A stretch of 63,333 nt of DNA, filler included. It is 9 parts of 9 records of this genome, joined end to end, with 100 filler letters (N's around TTAATTAATTAA, not from the genome) between each part and the next. Parts side by side here need not be neighbours in the genome. Positions count along the whole stretch, not along the records: positions 47,700 to 52,997 come from SRR31156797_26767; positions 53,098 to 58,158 come from SRR31156797_26782; positions 58,259 to 63,333 come from SRR31156797_26789; 6 more parts are not named here. The stretch is one strand, 5' to 3'. Made by a program: the position numbers and the translations under genes. Under the pieces are notes generated by a model. The model saw nothing but the letters and a program-made list of their open reading frames with translations, ran no database searches and had not been told where the DNA came from. This document shows, piece by piece, positions 48,331-58,318 of this stretch (its first letter is position 1; each line of letters opens with the position of its first letter).

Positions 48331-49344
48331 ATGGCAGATCTTTCAACAACCTACATGGGCGTAAAGCTCAAGAATCCTTTAATTTTAGGTGCCAGTAACC
48401 TGGTAACCAAGCCAGATGTTGTAAAACAAATTGAAGAAGCGGGAATTGGTGCAATAGTGTACCGGTCATTGTTTGAAGAACAAATTCAGCTGGAGAACCT
48501 TCAGTTGGATGAAGAACTTTCGGAGTATGAAAATCGTAATGCAGAGATGACCAATCTTTTTCCGGGATTGGAACATGCAGGGCCTAAAGAACATTTGTAT
48601 AACCTTGAAAAACTGGTGAAAAGTGTTGACGTTCCTGTATTTGCGAGTTTAAATGCAATTTACGAACCAACGTGGGTTGAATATGCCAAAGAGCTTGAAA
48701 AAACGGGTGTAGCCGGTTTAGAAATAAATCTTTACGCTGTACCCGGCTATTTTGAAGTTGAAGGAGCTGCTGTTGAAGACAAACAAGTACAGATTGTTAA
48801 GGCAGTAAAACAGGCGGTAAGTATTCCGGTAAGTGTGAAAATGAGTTTATTCTATACGAATCCATTGAACTTTGTGAAAAAAGTTGATGAGGCAGGAGCA
48901 GATGCATATGTGTTGTTTAATCGTTTCTTTCAGCCAGAGATCGATATTGAGAATGAAGAGTATTTTTATCCCTGGGAGTTGAGTAATCCGAAAGACCACA
49001 TGGTTAGTTTGCGCTATGCCGGATTGTTACATGGTAACCTGGAAGGGAGTATTTGTGTGAGCCGGGGAATTTACGATGCTAATGATGTTGTTAAAATGAT
49101 TTTGGCTGGTGCCGATGTAGTTCAGGTAGTAAGTACGATTTACCGCAATTCTCCATCGGTTATATCCGATATCTTAATTGATATCAATAAGTGGATGGAT
49201 GAAAAAGGCTACAAATCGTTGGATGATTTCCGCGGAAAACTATCGCGTAAAAACATGAAAGATCCATTTACCTATCAGCGTGCACAATATGTGGATATAT
49301 TAATGCGATCAGAAGATATTTTTAAGAAATACCCGATGGTGTAG
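48331..49344 (+). CDS. Dihydroorotate dehydrogenase-like flavoprotein (DHOD-like subgroup)
   Basis: LSTTYMGVKLKNPL, SLFEEQI, IPVSVK, LFNRFFQPEID and AGADVVQV; lacks the NxSCPN loop of true PyrD. Confidence 0.85.
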   Translation: MADLSTTYMGVKLKNPLILGASNLVTKPDVVKQIEEAGIGAIVYRSLFEEQIQLENLQLDEELSEYENRNAEMTNLFPGLEHAGPKEHLYNLEKLVKSVDVPVFASLNAIYEPTWVEYAKELEKTGVAGLEINLYAVPGYFEVEGAAVEDKQVQIVKAVKQAVSIPVSVKMSLFYTNPLNFVKKVDEAGADAYVLFNRFFQPEIDIENEEYFYPWELSNPKDHMVSLRYAGLLHGNLEGSICVSRGIYDANDVVKMILAGADVVQVVSTIYRNSPSVISDILIDINKWMDEKGYKSLDDFRGKLSRKNMKDPFTYQRAQYVDILMRSEDIFKKYPMV

Positions 49345-49369
49345 GGAATTGTAATTGTGAAAATTTTAG

Positions 49370-49399
49370 AGCAGCAGCCTTTTGGTTACTGCTTTTTTT
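49370..49399 (+). terminator. Probable intrinsic terminator
   Basis: agcagcagcc...ggttactgct followed by T-run. Confidence 0.55.
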
Positions 49400-49461
49400 A
49401 TGTTTATTGGTCTATGTTTTCTTATACTTTTTAACTTAGTAAAAAGTTAAGATCAGCGCAC

Positions 49462-52422
49462 ATGATTTGGATTCCAAAGTATAAGATAAAGCAATCCTTT
49501 TTTTTGAAAGGTATTTTTCGCATACTTGTTTGTTTGTCGCTTATTGCTTTTAGTGTTACATCTATTCGCGCCCAAAAGGTAAACAAAGAGTTTACCAATA
49601 AACATTATACAGTTCACGATGGGCTTGCACAAATGCAGGTAATGTCGCTTTATCAAGACTCTAAAGGATATTTGTGGTGTTATACAAAGGCAGGTTTAAG
49701 CCGGTTCGATGGCAAATATTTCAGAAATTTTATCAGCGATACAAAACTCAGGGGATTTGATATTGTGGTGATGGGAGAGAGCAACAATGGAAGCCTGTTA
49801 TTGTTTGGCCCGGAAGGATTTAACCGCTTGGTTGGTGATTCGTTATATTCTTACCGATACCCTCAAAATGGCGTAAGTTCTTCAATTTTCTTTCATTCGC
49901 CTAAACACAAATTAAAGGAGTTGCTTCTAAAAAGCAATGAATTGGAAACAAAAAGAGTTCTTTTAGATTATAGCAGACCTGATAGTTTAAACATAGTAAG
50001 TGTAAACCAAAATTTGGGAAATGTATTGTTTATCGATTCAGAAAATAAAAGAGAGGTGTGGCAAACAACAGGAGATTCAATTTATGTTTCCGAATACGAG
50101 TCGCAAAAACTAATACATCGCTTCGCTTGTCCGGACGAGATTATTAGCATTGTTGTAAGCGGAGAGAAAAAGTTTGCAATCTCAAAAACAAATGTCATTT
50201 ATAAGCTTGATGAAAAAACGTTTAAGTTGGTATTGCCAATTACACAAAGTACACGTTTTTTAAAAGTAGTTGCTAATCCTGCCAACGATGCCCTTATAAT
50301 AGCTACCGATTCAGATTTGTATTACTTTAAAAAAGAGCTGAATTTGATAAAAAAGGATCTCACACAAATTAGGGAAGTGCTTTTTGATTCGGAAGAGAAT
50401 TTATGGGTGGCAACAGAAGAAGGTTTGTACAATTTTTTTCAGCTCAGTTTCGAAAATTATACTTTCGGAATGGGAAACAAAGATTGGGTTTGGTCGGTGC
50501 TCGAAGATGAAGAAAATAATTATTGGTTTGCTTCGTACCAAAATGGCCTTTGGAAATGGGATGGAGAAACCGTAATAAATTATACCGATCAGTTAAATTC
50601 AAAACTTACGGAGCACCTAAGGCGAAGGCCTTTACCAATTCAGTACAGGTATTACATGGGAGCAAGCAAAGTTGGGAGTCGTCTGTTTTTTCCAACCGAG
50701 TGCAATGTGTTGGTATACGAAAAAGGCCATTTCAAACCGCTCCCCAATATTAGAGAGTTGCCTTATCAGATTACAAAGCTAATGCCCGATAGCTCATTCG
50801 TTTGTGCAGGGTATGCCGGTTTATTTCAGATTGATAAAAAGGGAGTGGTGCGCGATTGGCAGCGCGATTCTGTAAAGGTATCCAGCGTTTTAAATGTTGA
50901 AATGATCGATGGTCAAATAATTGCGATAGGAAATGATGGAGTCTCATTTGTTTCAACAGATACGGTACATCATTTTGATCAGGAATTTGTGAAGAACAGT
51001 TATTCAAGTATCATTGATCATAAAAATAATGTGTGGATTTCCGGGATTAAAAACATCTCGCTCCTGCAAAATGAAAAACTGCAAAAGGTCGCTCAGGTTG
51101 AGGAAGAGGCGTTTTATTCCATGCTGTTTGTTGCTCCTCACTATCTGTTTTTAGGCGGAATAAAAGGTTTGTACCTCACGAATCTGCAAACGTATTATTC
51201 CACAGGGAATTTCGAGATGCTACGTTTCGATCAGGGGAGTGGATTTACCGGCATTGAATGTGGGCAAAATGGTTTTTTTACCGATTCAAAAGGAATGGTG
51301 TGGATTCCGACGAATGACTTGGTCTCGCGTTTCGATCCGCAAAAGCTTATTCATAAAAAAATAGTTCCTCCCCGGTTGTTTGTGGAAAGTCAGATTTCAA
51401 CCGACAATATAAATTGGGAAAATGAGCTCTTGAAAGCGCGTGGGGTTTTGGATTATGCCAAAAACAATGTGCGATTTAATGTGGATATTATTTCATTTGC
51501 AAATATTGGAAGTACGCGTATTTATTACCAGTTGGAAGGAATTCAGGAGGAGTGGTCTGACGCATCAGAAATTTCAGAAATAACATTTTACGATTTGAAA
51601 CCGGGCGAGTATAAATTTCGGGTAAAAGCCGACCCAGGCATCAGTTCAGCAATGTCGGAGATAAGCGAGCTTGCTTTCCGCATTAAGCATCCAATTTGGT
51701 TAACATGGTGGTTTATTGTGTTAGAAGTGCTTGTTTTATTTGGAGTGATTTTTCTGGTGTTTTTTTACATCCGAAAATTGGATCGAAATAAAGCATTAAT
51801 CAAACAGCGTTTAACCCAGTTAAGGAGCGAAGCACTGGCTGCTCAGCTCGACCCGCATTTTGTTATGAATTGCCTTAATAATATAAGCGGGCTGGTAAAC
51901 GCCGGGTACAAAAAGCAGGCAAACGAATACATTGTTAAGTTTTCGAAATTGTTACGCGTGATATTGGAAAGCGTGAAGAAAGAGTCAATTTCGCTTAGTG
52001 CCGAGTTAGTTATGGTGGAAAAGTTTATGCAATTGGAGCAATTTAGGTGTAAGCATTGTTTTGAATATCGTTTAACTGTTCCGCAGAATTATTCGGTCGA
52101 GCATATTTTGGTACCACCAATGATGCTTCAACCGCTTGTTGAAAATTCGATTAAACATGGATTTGGCAGCTGCAAAATTGAAAAACCAGAAATAAATATT
52201 AATGTTTTGGTGGAAGATAACGAAGTGCAATTTGTGGTGACGGATAATGGTTGCGGGCTAACAAAAAACAACAGCTTGAAAGGAACCGGGTTGGGAACAA
52301 AAATCACGAAAGAGCGTATTGAATTACTTCAGAAAAAGAATGGCATTGAGCTGTTGATTGAAGAAAATAATCCGGGGGTAAAAGTGGAATTTAGAATTCC
52401 GCTGGTGATGAAAGAAAATTGA
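49462..52422 (+). CDS. LytS-type sensor histidine kinase with beta-propeller and Y_Y_Y periplasmic domains
   Basis: YTVHDGL/QDSKGYLW Reg_prop repeats, Y_Y_Y (LKPGEYKFRV), TM, AQLDPHF, QPLVENSIKHG and DNGCG. Confidence 0.93.
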   Translation: MIWIPKYKIKQSFFLKGIFRILVCLSLIAFSVTSIRAQKVNKEFTNKHYTVHDGLAQMQVMSLYQDSKGYLWCYTKAGLSRFDGKYFRNFISDTKLRGFDIVVMGESNNGSLLLFGPEGFNRLVGDSLYSYRYPQNGVSSSIFFHSPKHKLKELLLKSNELETKRVLLDYSRPDSLNIVSVNQNLGNVLFIDSENKREVWQTTGDSIYVSEYESQKLIHRFACPDEIISIVVSGEKKFAISKTNVIYKLDEKTFKLVLPITQSTRFLKVVANPANDALIIATDSDLYYFKKELNLIKKDLTQIREVLFDSEENLWVATEEGLYNFFQLSFENYTFGMGNKDWVWSVLEDEENNYWFASYQNGLWKWDGETVINYTDQLNSKLTEHLRRRPLPIQYRYYMGASKVGSRLFFPTECNVLVYEKGHFKPLPNIRELPYQITKLMPDSSFVCAGYAGLFQIDKKGVVRDWQRDSVKVSSVLNVEMIDGQIIAIGNDGVSFVSTDTVHHFDQEFVKNSYSSIIDHKNNVWISGIKNISLLQNEKLQKVAQVEEEAFYSMLFVAPHYLFLGGIKGLYLTNLQTYYSTGNFEMLRFDQGSGFTGIECGQNGFFTDSKGMVWIPTNDLVSRFDPQKLIHKKIVPPRLFVESQISTDNINWENELLKARGVLDYAKNNVRFNVDIISFANIGSTRIYYQLEGIQEEWSDASEISEITFYDLKPGEYKFRVKADPGISSAMSEISELAFRIKHPIWLTWWFIVLEVLVLFGVIFLVFFYIRKLDRNKALIKQRLTQLRSEALAAQLDPHFVMNCLNNISGLVNAGYKKQANEYIVKFSKLLRVILESVKKESISLSAELVMVEKFMQLEQFRCKHCFEYRLTVPQNYSVEHILVPPMMLQPLVENSIKHGFGSCKIEKPEININVLVEDNEVQFVVTDNGCGLTKNNSLKGTGLGTKITKERIELLQKKNGIELLIEENNPGVKVEFRIPLVMKEN

Positions 52423-52467
52423 TTGGAAGAAAAGGTTATATTTGAAATTCCCAATTTGCAATAAAGG

Positions 52468-52997
52468 ATGATAAAAGCGGTAATAGTTGAAGATGAACAA
52501 TACGCTGTTTTAAACTTAACTCAGCTACTGAAAGAATACGCACCCGAGGTGAATGTGATTGCTGTTCTGGAATCGGGGAGACAGGCATTGCAAGAGCTGC
52601 CAAAGCTTTGTTTTGATGTGCTTTTTCTGGATATTCAATTTAACGACGATTTTGATGCATTTGAATTGCTTAAAGCCTGGAAATTCGAGCAGTTGCAGGT
52701 CATTTTCGTTACCTCGTTTGATAACTATGCCATTAAAGCTTTTAAGCACAATGCCATTGATTATATAACAAAACCCATTGATAAAGACGAATTGCTGGAG
52801 GCAATTGCCAAAGCAAAAAATCGCCTATTTCGGAAGAAAGAAATGGATGAGTTGGTAAAAACCATTCACGCTTTTCGAAATCGACAAATTGCCATTCGTG
52901 GGCATCACGAAACCCTTTTTGTGGCCGCAAACCGGATAATGTACCTTAAAGCGGAAAAGGATTATTCAACGGTTTATTTTATTTCGGAACTGAACCA
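52468..52997 (+). CDS. LytR/AlgR family response regulator (3' truncated)
   Basis: REC domain (VEDE, FLDIQ, DYITKP) followed by LytTR start IMYLKAEKDYS. Confidence 0.9.
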
Positions 52998-53097
52998 NNN
53001 NNNNNNNNNNNNNNNNNNNNNNNNNNNNNNNNNNNNNNNNNTTAATTAATTAANNNNNNNNNNNNNNNNNNNNNNNNNNNNNNNNNNNNNNNNNNNN

Positions 53098-53402
53098 TAA
53101 GTCAAGAGGACCTTGAAACCATCCAGCGGTTGGAAAAAAAATTGGGTCCCGATATCCGGCTCGTGGCAGTGGAAGCAACGAATGTGTTGTACGTTTTGGA
53201 AGCAAAAATGGCGCCCAACGTATGGGAGAATGTGGATACGGTATATCCGGAGATCGGCGGTCTAAAATCTTACTATGTGGACATGGCTCTTGCAAAGGAG
53301 GCCAAAGGGTGGCTGAAAGGTTTTTTAATCAACAACACGTTGACCCCGAAACCGAAAAAGCGACCGATCCGTGTTCGTCAGGTTGTGAATTCTGAAAACT
53401 AA
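53098..53402 (+). CDS. Hypothetical protein, C-terminal fragment
   Basis: Frame open from the contig edge to a stop convergent with the Lrp gene. Confidence 0.45.
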
Positions 53403-53404
53403 AA

Positions 53405-53869
53405 CTATTGTCCCAGGGGAACGGCTGCAGGTTTATCCACCGGGCTGGACAGTACGATAAAGGTTTGGGTTTGCCCGAAAGGGCTCAGTTTTCCCACCAC
53501 AGATTCCAGTTCAGTCAAGCTTTCTACGCAGACATGAAGGATAAAAGAGGCCTCGCCGCTGATATGATGGCAGGAGTTGACTTGCCTTGCTTTTCGGGCC
53601 ATCGATTTGACCGCGGGATAGTTTTTCGCATCTGTGGTCAGATGGATGAAGGCGGCAACCGATTGGCCGAAGGCGAGAGGATCGATCCTTGCGTGATACC
53701 CTTTAATAATGCCCGCTTCCTCTAACTTCTTCACCCTTTCGGCAACCGCGGGTGCCGACAATCCCACTTTATCACCGATGCGGGACAAAGGCGTACGGGC
53801 ATTTTTCTGTAATACGGCAAGAATCTTACGTCCGATTCGATCGAGGAGTTTTTCATTTTGAAGGCCCAT
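53405..53869 (-). CDS. Lrp/AsnC family transcriptional regulator
   Basis: LQKNARTPLSRIGDKVGLSAPAVAERVKKLEEAGIIKGY HTH. Confidence 0.93.
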   Translation of the reverse strand: MGLQNEKLLDRIGRKILAVLQKNARTPLSRIGDKVGLSAPAVAERVKKLEEAGIIKGYHARIDPLAFGQSVAAFIHLTTDAKNYPAVKSMARKARQVNSCHHISGEASFILHVCVESLTELESVVGKLSPFGQTQTFIVLSSPVDKPAAVPLGQ

Positions 53870-53918
53870 GGCCGTAAATAACCTTCCGTTTGTAGCTTCT
53901 CCGGCACGAAACGTAATA

Positions 53919-55538
53919 CTACATACCGACAATAGGTCCTTGTCTCAATCCTTTAACAAACCGTTGGCTGAGATGAACAGAAATCCGGTGGGGATAGACC
54001 GTGCCGTCGGGTTCAACCCCTCGAACCCTACCATCTTTAAAAAATGCAGCCAGCAGCAGCAAACCTTTTTCCTGTCGGGACAAAGTCGGGTCAATTCGGT
54101 CGCCGACAGGTGTGGGTGCCGGTAGGGCCTCACCGTTGACAAGAATGGATTTAATGAAATTGAGAACCCTGCCCAGGCGCCACAGGGTTACCGCGTCGGT
54201 TCGGGTGGTGCGCTGGTCGATCGGCAGGGCTGTGGACCGCATCGCCGCAAACGAGGACGGTAAAAGATCAAGGTCGGCGCATCGTTTGTAATCAACGCTT
54301 CCCGGTGCAGGGTAGAAAACAGAAATCCCGGCCAAAACAGGCCTGCCGGCCAGAAACAGGAGGTCGTCGACGGATGATTCAGGAGACTGGTCCGGTGCAC
54401 CGACAATGATATAGCCTACGGCGGATAATTTTACTTTTTGAGCATAGTGCAGCGCCCGGTCGAAAGCGCTGCGGACATCCGGTCGGTTGAATTGCTTCAG
54501 TTGTCCATTGTCCGCACTGCCCAGCGAAAGGTTTAACGTCTTGAATCCGGCCGCCTTCATGGATTGAACGACTTTTTCGGTGATCGTCGGTGGAAAAAGG
54601 CCGTTCATGGCTCGTAGTTCCGGCTGGGCTTTGCCGAACAGACGGCGAATACCGGACATGAGCTCCAGAAACCACTCTCGGTCCATGGTCAGGTTTTCAT
54701 CTTCGAAGTCGATGAACCCGATCCGGCGATCTTTCGCTGCCGAACGAATTTCATCCAGCACGGCCCCAACCTGCCTTTTCCTGAACCCCATCCAGGAATC
54801 ACTTCCGGTAGAGCAATAGCTGCAGTTCAGTGGGCATCCTCTGGCGGCGGTGATGGAGATGCTGTCTTTGCCGAACCGTTGATAAAATTTGCGTCGGATC
54901 AATGAGAAGTCAGGTGTGGGATCAGGGTCCGTACCCCTGTTCACTGAAGGATCGCTTAGATGAAGTGACCCATCTGGATGTTGGAATACGATTCCCGGCA
55001 CATCGGCAAGGGTTCCGCCGGATTTTAAAACGTCTACCAGTTGTGGCAGGCAGGTTTCCCCTTCACCTCGAAGTACAAAATCCACCGCCGGCTCTTTTAT
55101 CACGGCTTGCGGCAAGGTCGTCGGATGGTGTCCACCCAGAACGATGAAACTGTCCGGAAGTGATTTTCTCACCTCCCGTGCAAGAGTTATGGCCATATCG
55201 CTGTAGGCTGTAAACAGGGACGAGATGCCAACGATGAAGGCATTGGAAGCTTTGGCCTGATTGCCGATATGGTCGAGACTGTACCCGTAGTGGCGAAACC
55301 GGTGAAAAAGTGAAAAGGGGCTCTGATCGGGTCGATTGTAATACGGTTTTACATGGGATAGCGCGTCGGGCAGTTCAATGACCCTTGATTTCCCATTTGC
55401 AAGCGCATCCAGAATGGAGACGGAGTATCCTTTTTGTGACACGGATGCGGCAATTAGGGCGAGTCCATAGGGGATTGTCCTTTTGGCCGTATGGTAAAAA
55501 TCTTCGATGGGAGGTTGGATCAAAAGGACGTCGACCAT
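53919..55538 (-). CDS. B12-binding radical SAM protein
   Basis: VLGGHHPT, RGEGE, ARGCPLNCSYC (CxxxCxxC) and FEDEN motifs. Confidence 0.9.
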   Translation of the reverse strand: MVDVLLIQPPIEDFYHTAKRTIPYGLALIAASVSQKGYSVSILDALANGKSRVIELPDALSHVKPYYNRPDQSPFSLFHRFRHYGYSLDHIGNQAKASNAFIVGISSLFTAYSDMAITLAREVRKSLPDSFIVLGGHHPTTLPQAVIKEPAVDFVLRGEGETCLPQLVDVLKSGGTLADVPGIVFQHPDGSLHLSDPSVNRGTDPDPTPDFSLIRRKFYQRFGKDSISITAARGCPLNCSYCSTGSDSWMGFRKRQVGAVLDEIRSAAKDRRIGFIDFEDENLTMDREWFLELMSGIRRLFGKAQPELRAMNGLFPPTITEKVVQSMKAAGFKTLNLSLGSADNGQLKQFNRPDVRSAFDRALHYAQKVKLSAVGYIIVGAPDQSPESSVDDLLFLAGRPVLAGISVFYPAPGSVDYKRCADLDLLPSSFAAMRSTALPIDQRTTRTDAVTLWRLGRVLNFIKSILVNGEALPAPTPVGDRIDPTLSRQEKGLLLLAAFFKDGRVRGVEPDGTVYPHRISVHLSQRFVKGLRQGPIVGM

Positions 55539-55550
55539 GGCAGAGGTATT

Positions 55551-56699
55551 TCAACTCATATTGGAAATGGTGCTGAATGTTCTGATCTCTGCAGGAAGAT
55601 CCTCCGGGCCGATGGTGTTTTCAACTCCCATGGCGTAAGCTCGTTCGATTACATTTTGAAGTTGAATCAGATTGCCGGGCCAATGGTATGCCATCAGCAC
55701 ATCCATGGCCGATGGCTTGATGCCGTAGATTTCATTTTTGGAGGCCGGACTGTTTTTGTACAGAAAATGGTTGATCAACAAGGGAATATCCTCTTTGCGT
55801 TCACGAAGGGGTGGAAGCTTGATCAATACGGCATTGAAAAGATCCAGAAAATCTTTTTTTATAGCGCCGGTGGATATGATTTCATCCATCTCCCGGCTGG
55901 TTCCCGCAATAATTCTGGGGGGGGGCTGGGTTTGTTGTGCATTGTGGTCGAGCAGCACTGTCATTCGGTCCCGTACAACCGGGGAGAGCGATGCAATGTC
56001 ATCCAGATAAAGGGTGCCGCCGTCCACGGAATTCAAAACTTCGGAGAAATGGGTGTCGATTTCATCAACCGTTTTCGTTTCATTGTCCATGCTGGAGCAG
56101 TTGGCAAGGATAAACGGCCTTTTTTTTCTGTCACTCTTTCCGTGTATGGTCCTCGCCGTCAGCTCTTTTCCGGTTCCACTCTCTCCTTGGACCAACACCA
56201 TTGGGTTCTCAATGGAGAGGGTGTCGATCACCTCATAAATTTCTCTCATTTTGGGACAAAAACCGATGATTTCGCCGTACTGGTGACGCTCACGAGCACT
56301 TTTTCGGATCAATTGGATTTTGTTTTTTATTTTTTTTTCTTCGACGATACGGTCGATAATTAATCTCAGGTGATCTAATTTGAAAGGCTTTTGGAGGTAA
56401 TCGTAACTTCCAAATTTCATTGCCTGAATCGCGGATTCCATGGAGGCGTATCCGGTAACGATGATGACTTCGGTTTCCGGGCAGTATTTTTTTATGGCTA
56501 CCAGCAGTTCCAGTCCGTTGAACTCCGGCATTTTGTAATCGGTGAAAACGATATCGATGTTTTTCTCTTTTACAAGCCCAACGGCTTCAATACCATTGTC
56601 TGCCGTGGTAACATCATATCCTTTGATCGTCAGATACTGTTCGACCATGGCCAGAATGTCTCGATCATCGTCAACAAATAGTATTTGCGGCTCGGGCAT
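55551..56699 (-). CDS. NtrC-like response regulator with degenerate AAA+ domain
   Basis: REC domain, GESGTGKE, LPPLRERKEDI and WPGN; no GAFTGA, Walker B LYLDDI, no C-terminal HTH. Confidence 0.85.
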   Translation of the reverse strand: MPEPQILFVDDDRDILAMVEQYLTIKGYDVTTADNGIEAVGLVKEKNIDIVFTDYKMPEFNGLELLVAIKKYCPETEVIIVTGYASMESAIQAMKFGSYDYLQKPFKLDHLRLIIDRIVEEKKIKNKIQLIRKSARERHQYGEIIGFCPKMREIYEVIDTLSIENPMVLVQGESGTGKELTARTIHGKSDRKKRPFILANCSSMDNETKTVDEIDTHFSEVLNSVDGGTLYLDDIASLSPVVRDRMTVLLDHNAQQTQPPPRIIAGTSREMDEIISTGAIKKDFLDLFNAVLIKLPPLRERKEDIPLLINHFLYKNSPASKNEIYGIKPSAMDVLMAYHWPGNLIQLQNVIERAYAMGVENTIGPEDLPAEIRTFSTISNMS

Positions 56700-56747
56700 G
56701 AAAATCTCCAGGTTTAAAAGGGCCGATGGTAATCATACACAAACGCC

Positions 56748-56776
56748 AGTATAATAGAGCCCCCCTAAAAGATCAA
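56748..56776 (-). promoter_or_regulatory. Sigma70 promoter for the response regulator operon
   Basis: TTGATC-N17-TATACT on the minus strand. Confidence 0.55.
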
Positions 56777-56787
56777 CCTTCGTTGCA

Positions 56788-56816
56788 TTGACATCGGTTG
56801 CCACCATCTCTATAGT
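56788..56816 (+). promoter_or_regulatory. Sigma70 promoter for the LMW-PTP operon
   Basis: TTGACA-N17-TATAGT, with only 6 nt between the -10 element and the ATG. Confidence 0.7.
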
Positions 56817-56822
56817 CATTTC

Positions 56823-57332
56823 ATGAAGAATATTTCTGTGCTTATGGTTTGTACCGGCAACATCTGCCGAAGTCCAATGGCGGAGGGGATGCTAAAAAGT
56901 CAGCTCCCGGAATTGTTAAAGCCTTTTGTAACCGTTCATTCCGCTGGAACCCAGGGACTGCACGGAAACCGTGCGGATCCTTTCGCTGTAGAGGCTGCAG
57001 CCAAATACGGAGCGGATATCAGTGACCATCGGGCACGGATGTTGGACGCCAAAACGGTGCGTAATTCAGATCTTGTTCTTGCCATGGAGCATCATCACCT
57101 CCATGTGATCAACCGCCTCCTTTTTTTTGGCTGTAAATATGCCCGGCTACTGGGTAGCTATGAACCGAATCGACGCTACCCGGAGGTAGAAGATCCCTAT
57201 GGGCAGCCGTTGGCCGCCTATGAAACCTGCGCCGGAGAAATTGTAGATTGTTTGCCCCGGGTTATCGACCATATCGGATCGGTCTTGGAGGAGAGGACGG
57301 GAAATGGCCGTAGATTCTGGAGCTTTGGTTGA
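56823..57332 (+). CDS. Low-molecular-weight protein-tyrosine/arginine phosphatase
   Basis: VCTGNICRSPMAE P-loop and DPY motif. Confidence 0.93.
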   Translation: MKNISVLMVCTGNICRSPMAEGMLKSQLPELLKPFVTVHSAGTQGLHGNRADPFAVEAAAKYGADISDHRARMLDAKTVRNSDLVLAMEHHHLHVINRLLFFGCKYARLLGSYEPNRRYPEVEDPYGQPLAAYETCAGEIVDCLPRVIDHIGSVLEERTGNGRRFWSFG

Positions 57333-57618
57333 ACCGAAAGGCACGCTTCGCCAGCAGATTATCGACCTGCTGATGGATAATTCCTTGACCGCGTTGGACC
57401 TTTCCCAGGTCGTACGGATCCCGGAAAAAGATGTTTACCGCCACCTTGCTCACATTCAAAAGACCGTTTCCGCAAGGGGGAAAAAGTTTATCATGGCACC
57501 TTCCGTATGTCTCGCTTGCGGATTTACCTTCGACGACAGGCGTCGATATACAAAACCGGGGCGATGCCCCCGCTGCAGGGAAACCAGGGTCCAGCCTCCC
57601 ACATTCAAGGTAAGATAA
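57304..57618 (+). CDS. HTH plus Zn-ribbon transcriptional regulator (COG3357-like)
   Basis: TLRQQIIDLL...EKDVYRHLAHI HTH; CLACGFTF...PGRCPRC. Confidence 0.8.
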   Translation: MAVDSGALVEPKGTLRQQIIDLLMDNSLTALDLSQVVRIPEKDVYRHLAHIQKTVSARGKKFIMAPSVCLACGFTFDDRRRYTKPGRCPRCRETRVQPPTFKVR

Positions 57619-57624
57619 TAGAAG

Positions 57625-58098
57625 ATGAACGAAACAGCTATTCAGGATTTTTTCGAGGACAAGCATGCCATGTGCTACGGGTGCGGGAAAAACAATGCCC
57701 ATGGGTTGAAAATTCGAACGCACTGGGATGGCCATTGGGGAACGTTTCATTTCACTCCCGAAGATTACCACACCGCTTTTCCCGGCATTGTCTATGGTGG
57801 CTTGATAGCAAGCCTTTTCGACTGTCATTGTATCGGCACGGCCATTGCCGCAGCCTATGATAAGGAGGGCCGAAAGCCGGGAAGCGATCCGGCGATCATG
57901 TATGTAACCGCCAACCTAAACGTTGACTACAAGCGGCCGACGCCCATGGACACGGAACTTTTTTTCAAAGCAGCCCTTGCAGAAACAAATGAGAGAAAAA
58001 CAGTCATTGACTGTGACCTTTCGGCAAATGGCCTTGTGTGTGCAACTGCCAAGGTCGTTGCCGTTCGGATGCCAGGACCAGGCGATACCGCTTCGTAA
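57625..58098 (+). CDS. PaaI-like hotdog thioesterase
   Basis: CYGCG..NAHGL, YGGLIASLFDCH and VTANLNVDYKRPTP motifs. Confidence 0.88.
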   Translation: MNETAIQDFFEDKHAMCYGCGKNNAHGLKIRTHWDGHWGTFHFTPEDYHTAFPGIVYGGLIASLFDCHCIGTAIAAAYDKEGRKPGSDPAIMYVTANLNVDYKRPTPMDTELFFKAALAETNERKTVIDCDLSANGLVCATAKVVAVRMPGPGDTAS

Positions 58099-58263
58099 CC
58101 AAGGAACGGAGATGAAATTAATTGACCATAATTGCGCCGGGCTTGTGTTCGTCTTCAANNNNNNNNNNNNNNNNNNNNNNNNNNNNNNNNNNNNNNNNNN
58201 NNTTAATTAATTAANNNNNNNNNNNNNNNNNNNNNNNNNNNNNNNNNNNNNNNNNNNNAAAAA

Positions 58264-58287
58264 AGACGCGATAAATCGCGTCTCTAC
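58264..58287. repeat. REP-like palindrome or terminator
   Basis: agacgcgat-aa-atcgcgtct-ctac; near-identical copy at 63025-63046. Confidence 0.7.
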
Positions 58288-58318
58288 ATTATTCCAGCTA
58301 CTGGCTTCCTACTTCTGA

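Noticed and set aside
48331-49344. Calling this gene pyrD
   Set aside because: It lacks the catalytic NxSCPN loop and fits the DHOD-like subgroup of uncertain function
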